Assembly (NCBI RefSeq): GCF_006345805.1
Contig: NC_042999.1
Coordinates: 150,164,001 to 150,228,000 of the forward strand
DNA: 64,000 bases
Direction of reading: 5' to 3'
Source of the DNA: Octopus sinensis
Lineage: Eukaryota
The translations under genes and the position numbers were made by a program. Below are positions 12,494-25,489 of the stretch, one piece after another. The notes beneath the pieces were generated by a model that saw only the letters and a program-made list of their open reading frames with translations, did no database searches and was not told the DNA's origin. Within the stretch, counting starts at the first letter, position 1. Each line of letters starts with the position of its first letter.

Positions 12494-13701
12494 AAACTGT
12501 TATTACAACATTATCAACCACTATAGTTTGCTGATTTATTAACTGACAGTATTAGCTACACCATGCCGCTGATGTGACACCAACGTTATCAACTTCTACT
12601 CTGATAAATGCTAAAACATAGTAGTACCTTACAACGCAGGACTTCATACAACCAACACAAGCAACACATACATTCAACAGCTGCATCAATTGACTAAGAC
12701 ATTGGTAGTGGTTGTTGATAACTCTAAACTAATGCTGCTGGTACACAAACAAACATTAATTGACACACAAGTAGCAGCTTACTTAGCTACGATATTCAAC
12801 AATCGCTACAACTGTCACAACCATCGCTACCACTACTGTTAAACCAACAACAACCACAACAAACAACAGGCACACCAACAACCTGGTAAACAGATGCAGT
12901 CAAGTGAAGACTGAATAGTTGCAACAACAAAGCGAAACCTAAAAACTAGATTCCATTCACAGTTAGCTGCAAAGCAAATGTGAAGCTTTGCTTATTTGAT
13001 CTAGAAACAAACTCCGTTCATACAATATATACTATGGCAATGAATAGCAAGATTTGTTCTATTTTACATGCATCTGTTCGTGTATAGATGTGCGCGTATT
13101 TGCACGTATACACATGCATGCATACATATACATGTGCATTCATGCATTTGTGCATGAATGAACATGTGCATGCACATATGCACCCACATATGCATGCATG
13201 TGCATATGTGTACACACACACATACACACTATATACAGGAGTGGTTGTAATAGGCACAGGAGTAGGTGTGTGGTAAGTAGCTTGCTTACCAACCACATGG
13301 TTTTGGGTTCAGTACTACTGCATGGCACCTTGGGCAAGTGTGTTCTACTCTGACCTCGAGCTGACCAAAGCCTTGTGAGTGGATTTGGTAGACGGAGCTG
13401 AAAGAAGCTCGTCGTGTATATATATATATATGTATGTATGTATGTGTGTATATGTTTGTGTGCCTGTATTTGTCCCCACAACATCGCTTGACAACCAATG
13501 CTGGTGTGTTTATGTTCCTGTAATCTAATGGTTTGGCAAAAGAGACCGATAGATTAATTGGCTTACAAAGAATAAGACCTGGGGGCGATTTGCTCAACTA
13601 AAGGTGGTGCTCCAGCATGGCTACAGTCAAATGACTGAAACAAATAAACAAATAAAAGAATATATATATGTGTATACACAAACATACATATGTGTGTATA
13701 T

Positions 13702-13765
<64 letters not shown>

Positions 13766-14955
13766 AAACTGTTATTACAACATTATCAACCACTATAGTT
13801 TGCTGATTTATTAACTGACAGTATTAGCTACACCATGCCGCTGATGTGACACCAACGTTATCAACTTCTACTCTGATAAATGCTAAAACATAGTAGTACC
13901 TTACAACGCAGGACTTCATACAACCAACACAAGCAACACATACATTCAACAGCTGCATCAATTGACTAAGACATTGGTAGTGGTTGTTGATAACTCTAAA
14001 CTAATGCTGCTGGTACACAAACAAACATTAATTGACACACAAGTAGCAGCTTACTTAGCTACGATATTCAACAATCGCTACAACTGTCACAACCATCGCT
14101 ACCACTACTGTTAAACCAACAACAACCACAACAAACAACAGGCACACCAACAACCTGGTAAACAGATGCAGTCAAGTGAAGACTGAATAGTTGCAACAAC
14201 AAAGCGAAACCTAAAAACTAGATTCCATTCACAGTTAGCTGCAAAGCAAATGTGAAGCTTTGCTTATTTGATCTAGAAACAAACTCCGTTCATACAATAT
14301 ATACTATGGCAATGAATAGCAAGATTTGTTCTATTTTACATGCATCTGTTCGTGTATAGATGTGCGCGTATTTGCACGTATACACATGCATGCATACATA
14401 TACATGTGCATTCATGCATTTGTGCATGAATGAACATGTGCATGCACATATGCACCCACATATGCATGCATGTGCATATGTGTACACACACACATACACA
14501 CTATATACAGGAGTGGTTGTAATAGGCACAGGAGTAGGTGTGTGGTAAGTAGCTTGCTTACCAACCACATGGTTTTGGGTTCAGTACTACTGCATGGCAC
14601 CTTGGGCAAGTGTGTTCTACTCTGACCTCGAGCTGACCAAAGCCTTGTGAGTGGATTTGGTAGACGGAGCTGAAAGAAGCTCGTCGTGTATATATATATG
14701 TATGTATGTATGTGTGTATATGTTTGTGTGCCTGTATTTGTCCCCACAACATCGCTTGACAACCAATGCTGGTGTGTTTATGTTCCTGTAATCTAATGGT
14801 TTGGCAAAAGAGACCGATAGATTAATTGGCTTACAAAGAATAAGACCTGGGGGCGATTTGCTCAACTAAAGGTGGTGCTCCAGCATGGCTACAGTCAAAT
14901 GACTGAAACAAATAAACAAATAAAAGAATATATATATGTGTATACACAAACATAC

Positions 14956-14988
<33 letters not shown>
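12487..14988. repeat. Near-perfect tandem duplication, unit 1272 bp (12487-13758 and 13759 to about 14988)
   Basis: Identical ORFs are offset by 1272 nt (13018/14290, 13088/14360); the visible differences are in microsatellite length; (TA)n tracts at all three boundaries. Confidence 0.95.
13252..13660 (+). mobile_element. CORE-SINE (duplicated at 14524-14928)
   Basis: tRNA-like head, GGCACCTTGGGCAAGTG core and AAATGACTGAAACAAATAAA tail. Confidence 0.85.
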
Positions 14989-14989
<1 letters not shown>

Positions 14990-16252
14990 TCTTTTCTACT
15001 CTAGGCACAAGGCCCGAAGTTTTTGCTGAGGGGGCCAGTTGATTAGATTGACCCCAGTCTGCAACTGGCACTTAATTTATCTACCCCAAAAGGATGAAAG
15101 GCAAAGTCGACCTCAGCGGAATTTTAACTCAGAATGTAAAGACAGATGAAATACTGCTAAGCATTTCACCCTGCGTACTAACGTTTCTGCCAGCTTGCCA
15201 CCTTACACACACACACACACATATATATATATATTACATGCACACAGGCATACATAGGCACACATATACAAGCACAGAAATGCCTACACCCACAAACGCA
15301 TGAATGAGTGAATGAGTGAACGAATGAATGAATAAATAAATAAATTAATTAAATGAACAAACGAATGAATGGAAACTGTGCTGAAATTTAACAACAACAA
15401 CAACAACAAAGAATGTTGAAAGAGAAAAGTCTTTTGATAGTGAAAAAAAATTTTGGGAGTGTTGGTCAGGTGGAGAGAATGTAGCATTGAATACTTGCTT
15501 TATTCAGATGTTGCTCACCTTATTCTAATGAAGCAGTTAAAGTGATGAAATACAATTTGCTTTAATCAATAGCTTTGCTTTAGTACTGGAAGACAATTAT
15601 AAGTGAATGGCATGGCCTTTATTTAATGTATCTGACGTTGTTTTACTTGATCAACATAGAATCGATGATATATCAGGCCTACATTTAAAAGAAATGTAGG
15701 TTTAACAGTGTATTTACAACATTGTCATTGTGCCTGAGAGTGTAAGAGTGTGTGTGTATGTAGCTGCTGCTGTCAACGTGACTTAGCAACAATCAGAAGG
15801 AAACAAAGCACCAGCACCATGTAATTTTTGTAAGAAAAACATATCAGCTACCAGAACTGGTGTCTTGAAAGATTAATCTAATTTTATTTAATTCAGTTTA
15901 CTTTCCCTTTTATAGAAGCATGACTAAATCATCTTTTTAAAGTGATTGAAACTGGTAGCATATTTTGATAAGAATGTAAATCTTTCTTACTTTTATTCAT
16001 AATAAAGTTGTCAAAGCATTTTCTTCTTTCTGTCTTTTAATATATATACATGCATGCATGCATGCATGCATACATACATACATACATACATACATACATA
16101 CCCGTAACTTAGCGGTTTGGCAAAAGAGACTGACAGAATAAGTACTAGGCTTACAAAGAATAAGTCCTGGGGTCGATTTGCTCGACTAAAGGCAGTGCTC
16201 GAGCATGGCCACAGTCAAATGACTGAGACAAGTAAAAGAGTAAAAGAGTGAC

Positions 16253-16326
<74 letters not shown>

Positions 16327-17128
16327 ACGTACACACACATGGAGAGCTCGTCATGTCACCAATGTTGTCTAATGGAAAATCAAGGCCTGATACTATTTGG
16401 TCAATGTCTTGCAACTCCAAAGTAGTGGTCTTTCATCTCTAGTGCAGAGTCTATATTATCTCAAGTCAGCAGAGCTGTGGATTGGCAGAATGGTTTGACC
16501 CTAAGAAAAATTAAAATTTTTTAAAATGTTCCTTGTGGTATTTGTTCAAGCTCTTTATGTTCTGAATTCAAATCTTGCTGAGGGTCAGCAAAATAAAGTA
16601 TTTGTCAAATACTGCGATTGATTAATATAATCAACTAACACCCTCCTATCAAATTGCTGCTCTTCAGCTTAAATTACAAATTATTTTCTTAAGTCATATT
16701 GAGGTTAACAAATCAGTCGAGCATTCATCAAAATGCCTAGTGCTGTTGAGTTACATGCCTTTAAACTTTGACTTCAAATCCTGCCATTGTAAGCTTTGAC
16801 TCCCATCTTCCTGAGGTTAATTAAATTAAGTAAGAGTCAAATAGTGGAGTTAACTTTTATAACAGTTTCTTCCATCAAAATTTATGGCTTCCTGCTAAGG
16901 ATAAAAATCCATTTTATGCATTTGGCAGAATCATTAGAATGTGAGACAAAAAGCCTGACAATATTTGTTCTGGATCTCTATGTTCTGGGTTCAAATCTTG
17001 TCTAGATCAGTTTTGCCTTTCATCACTTCAAGGTCTCTTAAATAAAGTCCCAATCAAGTAACTCCCTCCTGCCAAAATTTTGGTTTTATATCTAATTTAG
17101 AAATTACTATTATCACCATTCCCTGTGT

Positions 17129-17292
17129 TTGTATAGGCATGTGGCCCAGCGGTCAGGGTGTTTGACTCACAATTATAATGTCATGGGTTCAATTCCTGGA
17201 CCAGATGATACTTTGTATCCTTTAGCAAGATACTTCATTTCACATGCTTCAGTTTACTCATCTGAAAATGAGCACAAGCTGAGTGCTGACAC

Positions 17293-17295
<3 letters not shown>
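17129..17295 (+). mobile_element. Old tRNA-derived SINE with strongly MIR-like CORE
   Basis: TGGCCCAGCGGTCAG (A-box) and GGTTCAATTCC (B-box), then TTAGCAAGATACTT...TGCTTCAGTTTACTCATCTGAAAATGAG, resembling the MIR core CCTCAGTTTCCTCATCTGTAAAATGG. Confidence 0.7.
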
Positions 17296-17341
<46 letters not shown>

Positions 17342-17489
17342 GCTGTCAAGAAGGCATCTAAGTCTGTTCACAACTACAATTAGTGAAAGTATGATACATT
17401 TTACCAAGCCTACACATTTACAAATGACGTTTAGCTCTTTATTCCCAACGCAGCCCATCAATCCACAAGATCATTACTTATCAATGATT

Positions 17490-17596
17490 TCAAATTCCAT
17501 TGTTATTCTCAGTGGAAGTTTTCTTCATTTCATTTAGAATGGTAAAGTGTCTTTGAGGAAAAAAGATTAAAGTATTGTAACTTTTCATTAAAATTC
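17490..17596 (-). CDS. Putative terminal coding exon of a minus-strand small ORF
   Basis: Acceptor GTTGTTCTTTTACAG; frame (G)ILMKSYNTLIFFPQRHFTILNEMKKTSTENNNGI*; AATAAA about 50 nt after the stop (plus-strand TTTATT near 17438); phase matches the 47-nt exon across a 59-nt GT-AG intron. Confidence 0.4.
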
Positions 17597-17655
17597 CTGT
17601 AAAAGAACAACTTTGTGTTATTCGGTTTTTTGTACTGATTAATTTACCAGCTCAC

Positions 17656-17702
17656 CTGAGATCTCCTCACATTCTTTGATACAAAACTGATCATTTAAAT
17701 TT
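17656..17702 (-). CDS. Putative 47-nt internal exon
   Basis: Strong acceptor TTTTTTCTTTACAG and donor CAG|GTGAGC; open frame NLNDQFCIKECEEIS (phase 2 in, phase 1 out). Confidence 0.5.
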
Positions 17703-18120
17703 CTGTAAAGAAAAAATTTTATATTTTTGTTTTTAGAGTGATTGATTACAAAGCCACCAGAGACCACTTCTCGTTCTATGATATAAAACTCATCAGTTTA
17801 AAATGTTCAAATTAAAAATAAACCTATCGTGGTTTTATGTGTGAACAATTTGATAAATTATGTTCTAAGCATGAGTTTAGTAATGAAAACATCAGCTGAT
17901 TAACTAAATCTGTACCAATTCTTGATCACACTATGCAAAGGAAAATTGTTTCACCTGATTTTTTAAAAATGTTTCTGGTAAATTTCTAGTATTCTGAACA
18001 TAATGGTAAAATTCCACCAATATTTTGTCAGTTATTTTATCTTCTATTTTTTTATCTTTTACTTGTTTCAGTCATTGGATTGCAGCCATGCAGGAGCACT
18101 GCCTTGAAGGAAACTATTCA

Positions 18121-18605
18121 GCAACGTGTAACCAAGAGAATACCCTCCATCAGGCATTTGCCATATTCTGAATGCTTTACTTCCCTGGGCATGGATACAT
18201 TGAAACTCTGACGTCTGGCAGCTGACTTTGCAGACACCCATAAAATTATTAACCATCTTACTAACAATAACTCTGAGCACCTTTTCAAACTCCACCTGTC
18301 TAACACCCATAGACATGTTTACAAAGTCAGAAACATTTTTTCACGCTAAGAGTTGCTGAAGTATGGAACAAATTGCCAGCATCAGTTGTTAGTTGTCGGA
18401 GCACTGCATCCTTCAAAACTTCCATGCTTCCTGAGATTTGCCAACACTACACCTGATTTTCGCCCCTCCATACACATGCAAGCATGTATGTGACTCATAC
18501 ACTGTTCACTTCCCAGACATTTGTACATTACTGCATATGCTTTATACGCACTTTTGACAAGTTACGGTGCACCTGAACACTGTATACAATGATTTAATTA
18601 TTATT
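18121..18605 (+). mobile_element. CR1/L2-type LINE 3' end (RT C-terminus plus 3'UTR)
   Basis: VTKRIPSIRHLPYSECFTSLGMDTLKL*RLAADFADTHKIINHL... and FFTLRVAEVWNKLPASVVSCRSTASFKTSM (FFxxRVxxxWNxLP motif); (ATT)n tail. Confidence 0.85.
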
Positions 18606-19239
18606 AAATCAATCCCAGTACTTACATTTTAAGCCTGATACTTATTCTATGAGTTGTGTTTATCAAACTGTTAGGTTATTGGGACATAAAGAAACCAACA
18701 TGGATTGTCGAGCAGTGGAGGAGGGGCAAATGCAGACACACATACACAGAGCCATAGAAACCATGCCAAAAGCAGATGTTGGAACTTGGCACAATCTTCT
18801 GGGTTGCCAACTCCTGCCAAACTGTCCAATCCATGCCAGCCTGGAAAGAAGGCAATAAATGATGATTGATGATGATGATGATGATTTTACACACACACAC
18901 CACACACACACACACACACACATACACACACACACAAGTGTATATACAGTCATACATATGTCTATGTGTGTATGTCATTATGTCTGTGTTTGTCATCATC
19001 CCCCTCCCCCACTTGAACCCAATATTGGTTTGTTCATATCCCATAACTTAGCAGTTGAATTAATCATGGACTACCTCATAGCTTTGAGATTTCTATCATG
19101 TCATTGTTTATTTTTAGCATGACATTGTAGGGTAAGTGTGAGTGGCCAGATCTAGCCATTTTGAATATAAAACAGGTAGAATATTTGGGTCTGATATGGC
19201 CAGTTTAAACATCAAAGGTTTTAGCTGTACTATTTGCAC

Positions 19240-19400
19240 TCACAGTTGGGATTCTTGGTGCTCTGTCAGAAAAACAGGATGAATGGTTCCATCAGGACAT
19301 ACATTTGATAAAGAAATAATATCAGGGAAGGTGAAATGAACCAACAATGGGAGACCACGATTGGAAATTGGTTCAAGAAGATAAAGACCATGTAGCATGT
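19240..19400 (+). pseudogene. DNA-transposase C-terminal relic (superfamily uncertain, possibly CMC/Chapaev-like)
   Basis: LGALSEKQDEWFHQDIHLIKK*YQGR*N..MGDHDW resembles the LGAVSDEQGERFHQDI..RYQGRW..DYCW motif of invertebrate transposon proteins. Confidence 0.55.
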
Positions 19401-19441
19401 CTGTATTAGCGTTAGTTAAAACATGCATTTTTGGACTTTAA

Positions 19442-19651
19442 CCCTTCTGATACCAACCCGGCTGAAACCGGCTCTGGCTCTGTAATATAAATGTCCTGTT
19501 TTCATAAATTTTGAATTAAAATCTTCCACCAAATCTTAGTCACAATTACTGTTCCTAACACCAGCTTAATGATAATTAAGTTATTTTACAGAATTCTAAA
19601 ATAATTGAGAGAAACACAGAGCATCCCAAAATAAATACAGTAACGAAAGGG
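19442..19651. mobile_element. piggyBac-like MITE family B
   Basis: TTAA at 19438-19441 and 19652-19655; termini CCCTT / AAGGG. Related copies at about 38339-38544 and 20950-21460 (split by a SINE). Confidence 0.8.
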
Positions 19652-20040
19652 TTAAGGTAGGCTCAGGCAACACTGTCAGTTTACAGCTTTACTCAGTCTA
19701 TGATTAGTAGAAATAACAAGCTCCCTTGGACAGGTGTTCTCTGCTATATCTGATTGTCTCTTACACAATGTGCCTGCCACCATGATTCAATCAAGTTCCT
19801 TGACTTCCTCGCTTTACTTTCAAAGGTCTCCTGGCATGCTGTTTTGCTCTATTGCAGTTTACACAGGCCTCTCTCACACAAGAACATTCTTCTTCTAATT
19901 GACTGGTTACATCATTTCTACCAATCATGGAAGGATAAAAGACAAAATTGACTATGGCAGGATTTGAACTCAGAATATAAAAAGCTGAAAAATAATAACT
20001 GAGCATCTCAAAACGTTTAAACATTGTTTTATTTGTTTAC

Positions 20041-20081
20041 CTTATGCCAAAAGTATTTTTAACAAGCCTAAGCAACTTCAT
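20041..20081 (-). CDS. Putative first coding segment of the minus-strand small ORF (MKLLRLVKNTFGI)
   Basis: ATG at 20081; donor AAG|GTAAAC in phase 2, compatible with the 47-nt exon. Upstream frames contain many stops, so this may be non-coding. Confidence 0.3.
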
Positions 20082-20539
20082 CCAGCTTGGCAGATAACAT
20101 TTGTCAGATTATCCAGTTACATGCTAGATCTTTTAGTTTCATTTTAAAATTTTGCTTTTGTTGGCATTCTCACGTCATCGGAAACTGGGTATTTGGCATC
20201 ATTTGCGTCACATTCTTGGCACAATGATATCTATTTATTTCTACCAAGCCTTCATTCAGTTGTAGTTTAAACCTTGCACAGTTAACACAGAATAGAATCT
20301 TCATTGTTATGTCATAATATGAAAATGTGGTAAATGAAAGGTATCAATCATATGTCTAAATAAATATTTATTTGTAAATTTTCTAATATTTCCTGTAACT
20401 AAATGAATCTATACACAAGTGGAAAAACCCAAGGAAGATCTGTACACTGAGTGAGTGAAATTAAAACTTACTGCATGACACCATTAACCATATTCTTGTT
20501 ACCATATTCCTGATGAAATAGACAACCTTTACCTTAATT

Positions 20540-20960
20540 CATCATCATCATCATCATCATCATTGTTTAATGTTCACTTTCCATGATGGCATGGGTTGGA
20601 GGGTTTGACATGGAGCTAGCTAGTAGGAAGCTGTCCAGACACCAACTGTCTGTTGTGGTTTGGTTTCTGCAGCTGGATGCCCTTCCTAATGCCAACCACT
20701 TAAGAGAATGTGCTGGGTACTTTTTACATGCCACTGGCAAAGGTAGATTTACATAGCACTGGCACAGGTGTGTTTTTGCAGCAGCGACATGTGTTTTTTA
20801 GTGGCATCGGCACCTGAAAGGTGCAAGCCTATATGTGTCAAAGACAGCAATTTTACTCAGCTTGATACATCTTATCAAATACATCTTATCAAATCACCAC
20901 ATCTCCCAGTCCTTTGTGATTTCCTCAGTGAGGCCCAGTGTCTAAAGATCCTTTGAAAAT
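20540..20960 (-). mobile_element. RTE LINE 3' end
   Basis: Minus frame KDL*TLGLTEEITKDWEMW (RTE RT C-terminus) followed by the 3'UTR ending in (GAT)n. Confidence 0.75.
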
Positions 20961-21029
20961 AATAAAGAATTTAGTAAAATCACTTTGTCATTATCAAGTT
21001 GGTGTTTGAAACATAAATCAACATGAAAT

Positions 21030-21356
21030 CTGGTCTGAGACCCCACCTTCGGTCATGACACAGAGCATGGGATTGCACCTAGAAAGTTACCCTCCCAGGC
21101 ACAAGTCTGGGCAAGGTTATTTATGGAAGTCCAGCAGTCGCCCATGCATACCAGTCTCCACGTCACCAATGTTATCCAAGGGAAAGGCAAAGGCTGATAC
21201 AGCTTGTCACCTGTGACGTCGCAACTCATTTCTACAGCTGAGTGAACTGGAGCAACGTGAAATAAAGTGTCTTGCTCACACAGCCCGGTCCGGGATTCAA
21301 GCTCACAACCTCACAATCGTAAGCTCGACACTCTAACCACTGAGCCATGCACCTTC
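21030..21356 (-). mobile_element. CORE-type SINE nested in a piggyBac-like MITE
   Basis: tRNA-like head at the 21356 end; GAGCAAGACACTTTATTTCAC core; TSD-like ACATGAAAT / ACATAAAAT. Sister copy at about 30230-30560 (-). Confidence 0.75.
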
Positions 21357-22548
21357 ACATAAAATTTGATGAAAATCTTTAATTTAGATAATTTTAAAAT
21401 ATGGAGTTTGTATCATAGAACCATGGACAGCCTCAGCCAAGTTTAGTATCAAAAGAATTAAGGATTTCCAGTTGCTTTTGCTGATGTTTAGCCCCAAGTC
21501 AGGTCTGAACAAGTTGATCTACGAATGCCCCACAACATAACGCCATTAATGATTACCTTTTGTTGTTGTTCTTCTTTAGCCCTAGGTCAGTGCTGAGCAA
21601 AGAGATTTATGGAAGTCACACAACATGACATCATTTATGATTTGCTGCTGCTGCTGCTTTTATTGTTTAGCCCCTGGTCAAGGTAGTCTGCAATGAGACT
21701 TAACCTGAAGCCATGTGGTAGCAACATAACCCTAACGTCCAAGTGATACATGGTAACACGCACCAATCTTTCGCAAACTGTTTTAGATACCTATGTAGCA
21801 CTGAGCAGATGTAAACAGCCTTTCTGTACACATACCCCTTGACCCAGTGTAATATCAAGAATGTGACCATTGGAGTGAGAAAGGAATGCACTTGTTTGAT
21901 GCTAGTGCTCAAAGTCCAGCTAATTAAACTAGATCAATGTGAATAAAGTGAAATGAAACACCTTGTTCAAGGATACAACACATTTCCTTGTCTAGGAATT
22001 GAACTCATGGCCTTATGATCATGAGCCCAACACCATAACCACTAGGCTACATGCCTTTAAAGTAGTTATATATATTCTATATATCACTTGGGAGCAGAGA
22101 GGTCAGGACAGAGGCAAGTGGCTATTAGCTGTCTATAATTGTATAATTGCCTGCAGACCTGTGAAATCAAAGGATTGCTGCAGATGAGCAACACAAGCAG
22201 ACCAGAAAAACCAGTGCTTTCAAATCACCAACTACTACAACCATTCCCTGTCCACACTGGCAGAGAACCAGGGCATGACTTGGCTTAATCAGTCACCAAT
22301 ACACCCACTATATATATATTAATAATTAATAGAAGCAACAGAATTGACACACAGGCCAAGAGTTTCATGAGTTGACACTAGGCACATGCCATCAGTAATT
22401 ACTTAGGGTAGGCAGTTGGAGACTTTATGTAGTAAAACACACAAAAAATAGCGAAACACAGGTGTGTGACTGAGTTGAAGGCAGATTTACTTCTGCCTAT
22501 ATAGCACGTAAAGAAAATGGTGTTGTAGGAGTGTACGCAGCACGTGTA

Positions 22549-22990
22549 CTACAGCAGTACTATACATAGCAGGGTAGGTGTGGAGACAGAGAGAGCAGAT
22601 GCACAGTCCATGGAACATGCTCTGGCAAGGGCAGTGTAGATAGTGGTGAGGGGATATCCACGTAGGATGAAGTGGCGAGCCATGAGTTGAAACTGAGTCT
22701 CAAAGTCATGGTCATTACTGCAGAGCCTGCGTAGACAGAGGAATTGGGAATAGGGGATGGAGAGCTTGGTGTGTTTAGGGTGGGAGGAGGATAAGTTGAG
22801 GTATGAGTGGGAGTCAGTGTGTTTGTAGTGGATGGAGGTGGCGATAGTGGAGTGATGAATGCCGACCAAAATGTCGAGAAAGGCAACTGAAGTGTTGGAA
22901 ATAGTGCAGGAGAAGCGGAGGGTAGGATGGAAAAATTTGACAAAAGAGAGGAAAGAGTCTAGATGTTCGTGGGGGAGTGAGGTTGCACTG
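22549..22990 (-). mobile_element. Penelope-like element reverse transcriptase C-terminal/thumb fragment
   Basis: Open frame SLPHEHLDSFLSFVKFFHPTLRFSCTISNTSVAFLDILV...HYKHTDSHSYLNLSSSHPKHTKLSIPYSQFLCLRRLCSN...FILRGYP: the PLE motifs FLD, YxKxTD..YL..S.HP..K.SIPYSQ.LRLRR.CS and RGYP. Confidence 0.9.
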
Positions 22991-23104
22991 ATGTGTATGT
23001 ATGTTTGTGTGTGTGTGTGTGTGTGAGTGTTTAGCTTTGTCCTGTGTATGAGTCATAGACCAAGGTTTCCTGTTGAAATCAAGTAAGAAATAATGCAAAT
23101 TATA

Positions 23105-23430
23105 TTCTTTTATTTGTTTCAGTCATTTGACTGCAGCCATGCTGGAGCACCGCCTTTAGTCGAGTGAATCAACCACCAGAACTTATTCTTTGTAAGCCTA
23201 GTACTTATTCTATTGGTCTCTATTGCTGAACTGCTAAGTTACGGGGACGTAAACACACCAACAGTGGTTGTAAAGCGATGGTGGGGGGACAAACACAGAC
23301 ATACACACATACGATGGGCTTCTTTCAGTTTCTGTCTACCAAATCCACTCACAAGGCTACACTAGCCAAGGTGCTATGCAGTGCGATTGAACCCAGAACC
23401 ATGTGCTTGGGAAGCAAGTTTCTTACCTAT
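23105..23430 (-). mobile_element. CORE-SINE
   Basis: Reverse complement of the 55562 family. Confidence 0.8.
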
Positions 23431-23839
23431 AGCCACACCTGCAGCTATAGCCACGCCTGCGTCTATAGCCATGCCTGCAAGTAAATATGTATGTATATGT
23501 ATGTGTGCATGTGTGTGTGTGTGTTTTGTTTCCTTGTTAGATATTGCATGATAGCTGTACATGAGTGTCCCTATTATACAACTAGTATATTTCATTTCCA
23601 ATCTTCCATGAAAACATGTCCTGCTATGGGGAAATAACTTGCTTGAAAACAGGTAATGGTTGGTAGCCAGAAGGGTATCTGGGTATAGAAAATCTGCCTG
23701 AAAAATTCTTTCTGACCCAAGAATTCTTTCTGACCCAGAATTATGTGTGTGTACATGTGTAGGTGCGTGAGCGGAATGTGGGTATAGCTGTAAAGGACAT
23801 GCATCATTTATGAATTGCCATGAGTTTAGTTAGCTTGAC

Positions 23840-24160
23840 ATGTATTCTCAAGCACAGCAAAGTGCGTCACCAGAAGTCTCGGTCTTTTGTCGTCTCCTCA
23901 GTGAGGTTCAGCATTTAAATATCCTTTCTCACCACTTCGTCCCACTTCATCCCAATTTGTCCCACTTTGTCCCCCTTCATCCCACTTCTTCCTTCTACTC
24001 CTTCCACAGGTTCCTTCCGGTTAAAGACTAGTACTTCTTTATGCAACCGTTCTCATCTATATGCATCACATGACCATACCAACACAGTTTTCTCTCTTGC
24101 ACACAACATCTGGCACCTCTAATACCCAATTTTTCTCCTAAATCATTTACACTCTATTGT
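23840..24160 (-). mobile_element. RTE LINE RT C-terminal relic
   Basis: Minus frame LGEKLGIRGARCCVQERKLCWYGHVMHIDENGCIKK (WYGHV motif). Confidence 0.7.
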
Positions 24161-24177
24161 ACAGGAACACTGACATA

Positions 24178-24216
<39 letters not shown>

Positions 24217-24956
24217 CACACACACATACACATATTTGTGTGTGTGTTGTGTGTGTGTGTGCACACATGTGCTCAGGTCACGTGTGATTGTGCTGATTAA
24301 ATAAACAATAGAATTGATAATTATGTGACAAGTTATAGTCTGCTCTGCTACCAGCATGGATAAAGGAAATCTGGATAGTTTGGCTAGAAATAGCAGTTAA
24401 ATATTGCTATACTTATGGGACACCTGGTATAAAATTATACCTAATTGTGAATGTGCATATGAACGTGACCAAGCGCACATCAGATGTATATTGCGTGTGT
24501 GGGCTTCAGCAAGCAGAACATTTCTGGCCGACACCTCACATGTTCCTCTTTGCATTACAGATGGTCCTTTGTCAAGTTGAAATAAAAGCAGAGCTGTTTC
24601 AGAAATCACTAGCATCATACATTGACATTGAAGACGTGTGCACACACACACGTATGTATGCATATATATATATATATATATATATATGACACAACGGACG
24701 TTAACTGATGATGATGATGATATATGTATCTCTATGTATGTATGTATGTATGCATGTATGTATGTATGTATGTATGTTTGTACATATATATATATATATT
24801 TACATATTAGTCACGTATGTATGTCTGTTAAGTAAATGTAATAAGTGTATATGTGTGTGTCTGTATTTATATGCATGTATGTATTTATGTATGTACACAT
24901 GTATGTATGTGTGCGTGTATATATATATATATATATATATAAATGAAGTATAAGGA

Positions 24957-25068
24957 AAGGAAAAAAACTCTAAGTGTAGATGAACTTTAATTCAATTCAA
25001 ATCCAAGTTGAATGTCTACTGGATTTGAATTGAATTGAAGTTCATTTACACTTAGAGTTTTTTTTCCT
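24957..25068. repeat. Fold-back hairpin (about 49-bp stem, 14-nt loop)
   Basis: AAACTCTAAGTGTAGATGAACTTTAATTCAATTCAAATCCA-loop-TGGATTTGAATTGAATTGAAGTTCATTTACACTTAGAGTTT. Confidence 0.9.
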
Positions 25069-25489
25069 TATACCCTATTTACTGTTTTTGCAAATACTGA
25101 ATATATATTTTTATATATATTCTTTACTTGGTCTGTATCAGCAGACTTGGATGTTTGACATCCCTTCGAAGGATTTTGGTCCTCACCTCTTTTATAGGCA
25201 TGTAAAAAGCACCAACCTATCGTGGATGTTGTCAGCCTCCTCTGGCCCCTGTGCCGGTGGCACGTAAAAAGCACCAACCCATCGTGGCCGTTGTCAGCCT
25301 CCTCTGGCCCCTGTGCTGGTGGCACGTAAAAAGCACCCAATACACTCACATCCAGCTGTAGAAACACTGCCAGATCAAACTGGAGCCTGGTGCAGCCTCC
25401 TGGCTTTCCAGACCCCAGTCAAACCGTCCAACCCATGCTAGCATGGAAAACAGATGTTAAATGATGATGATGATGATATATATATATAT

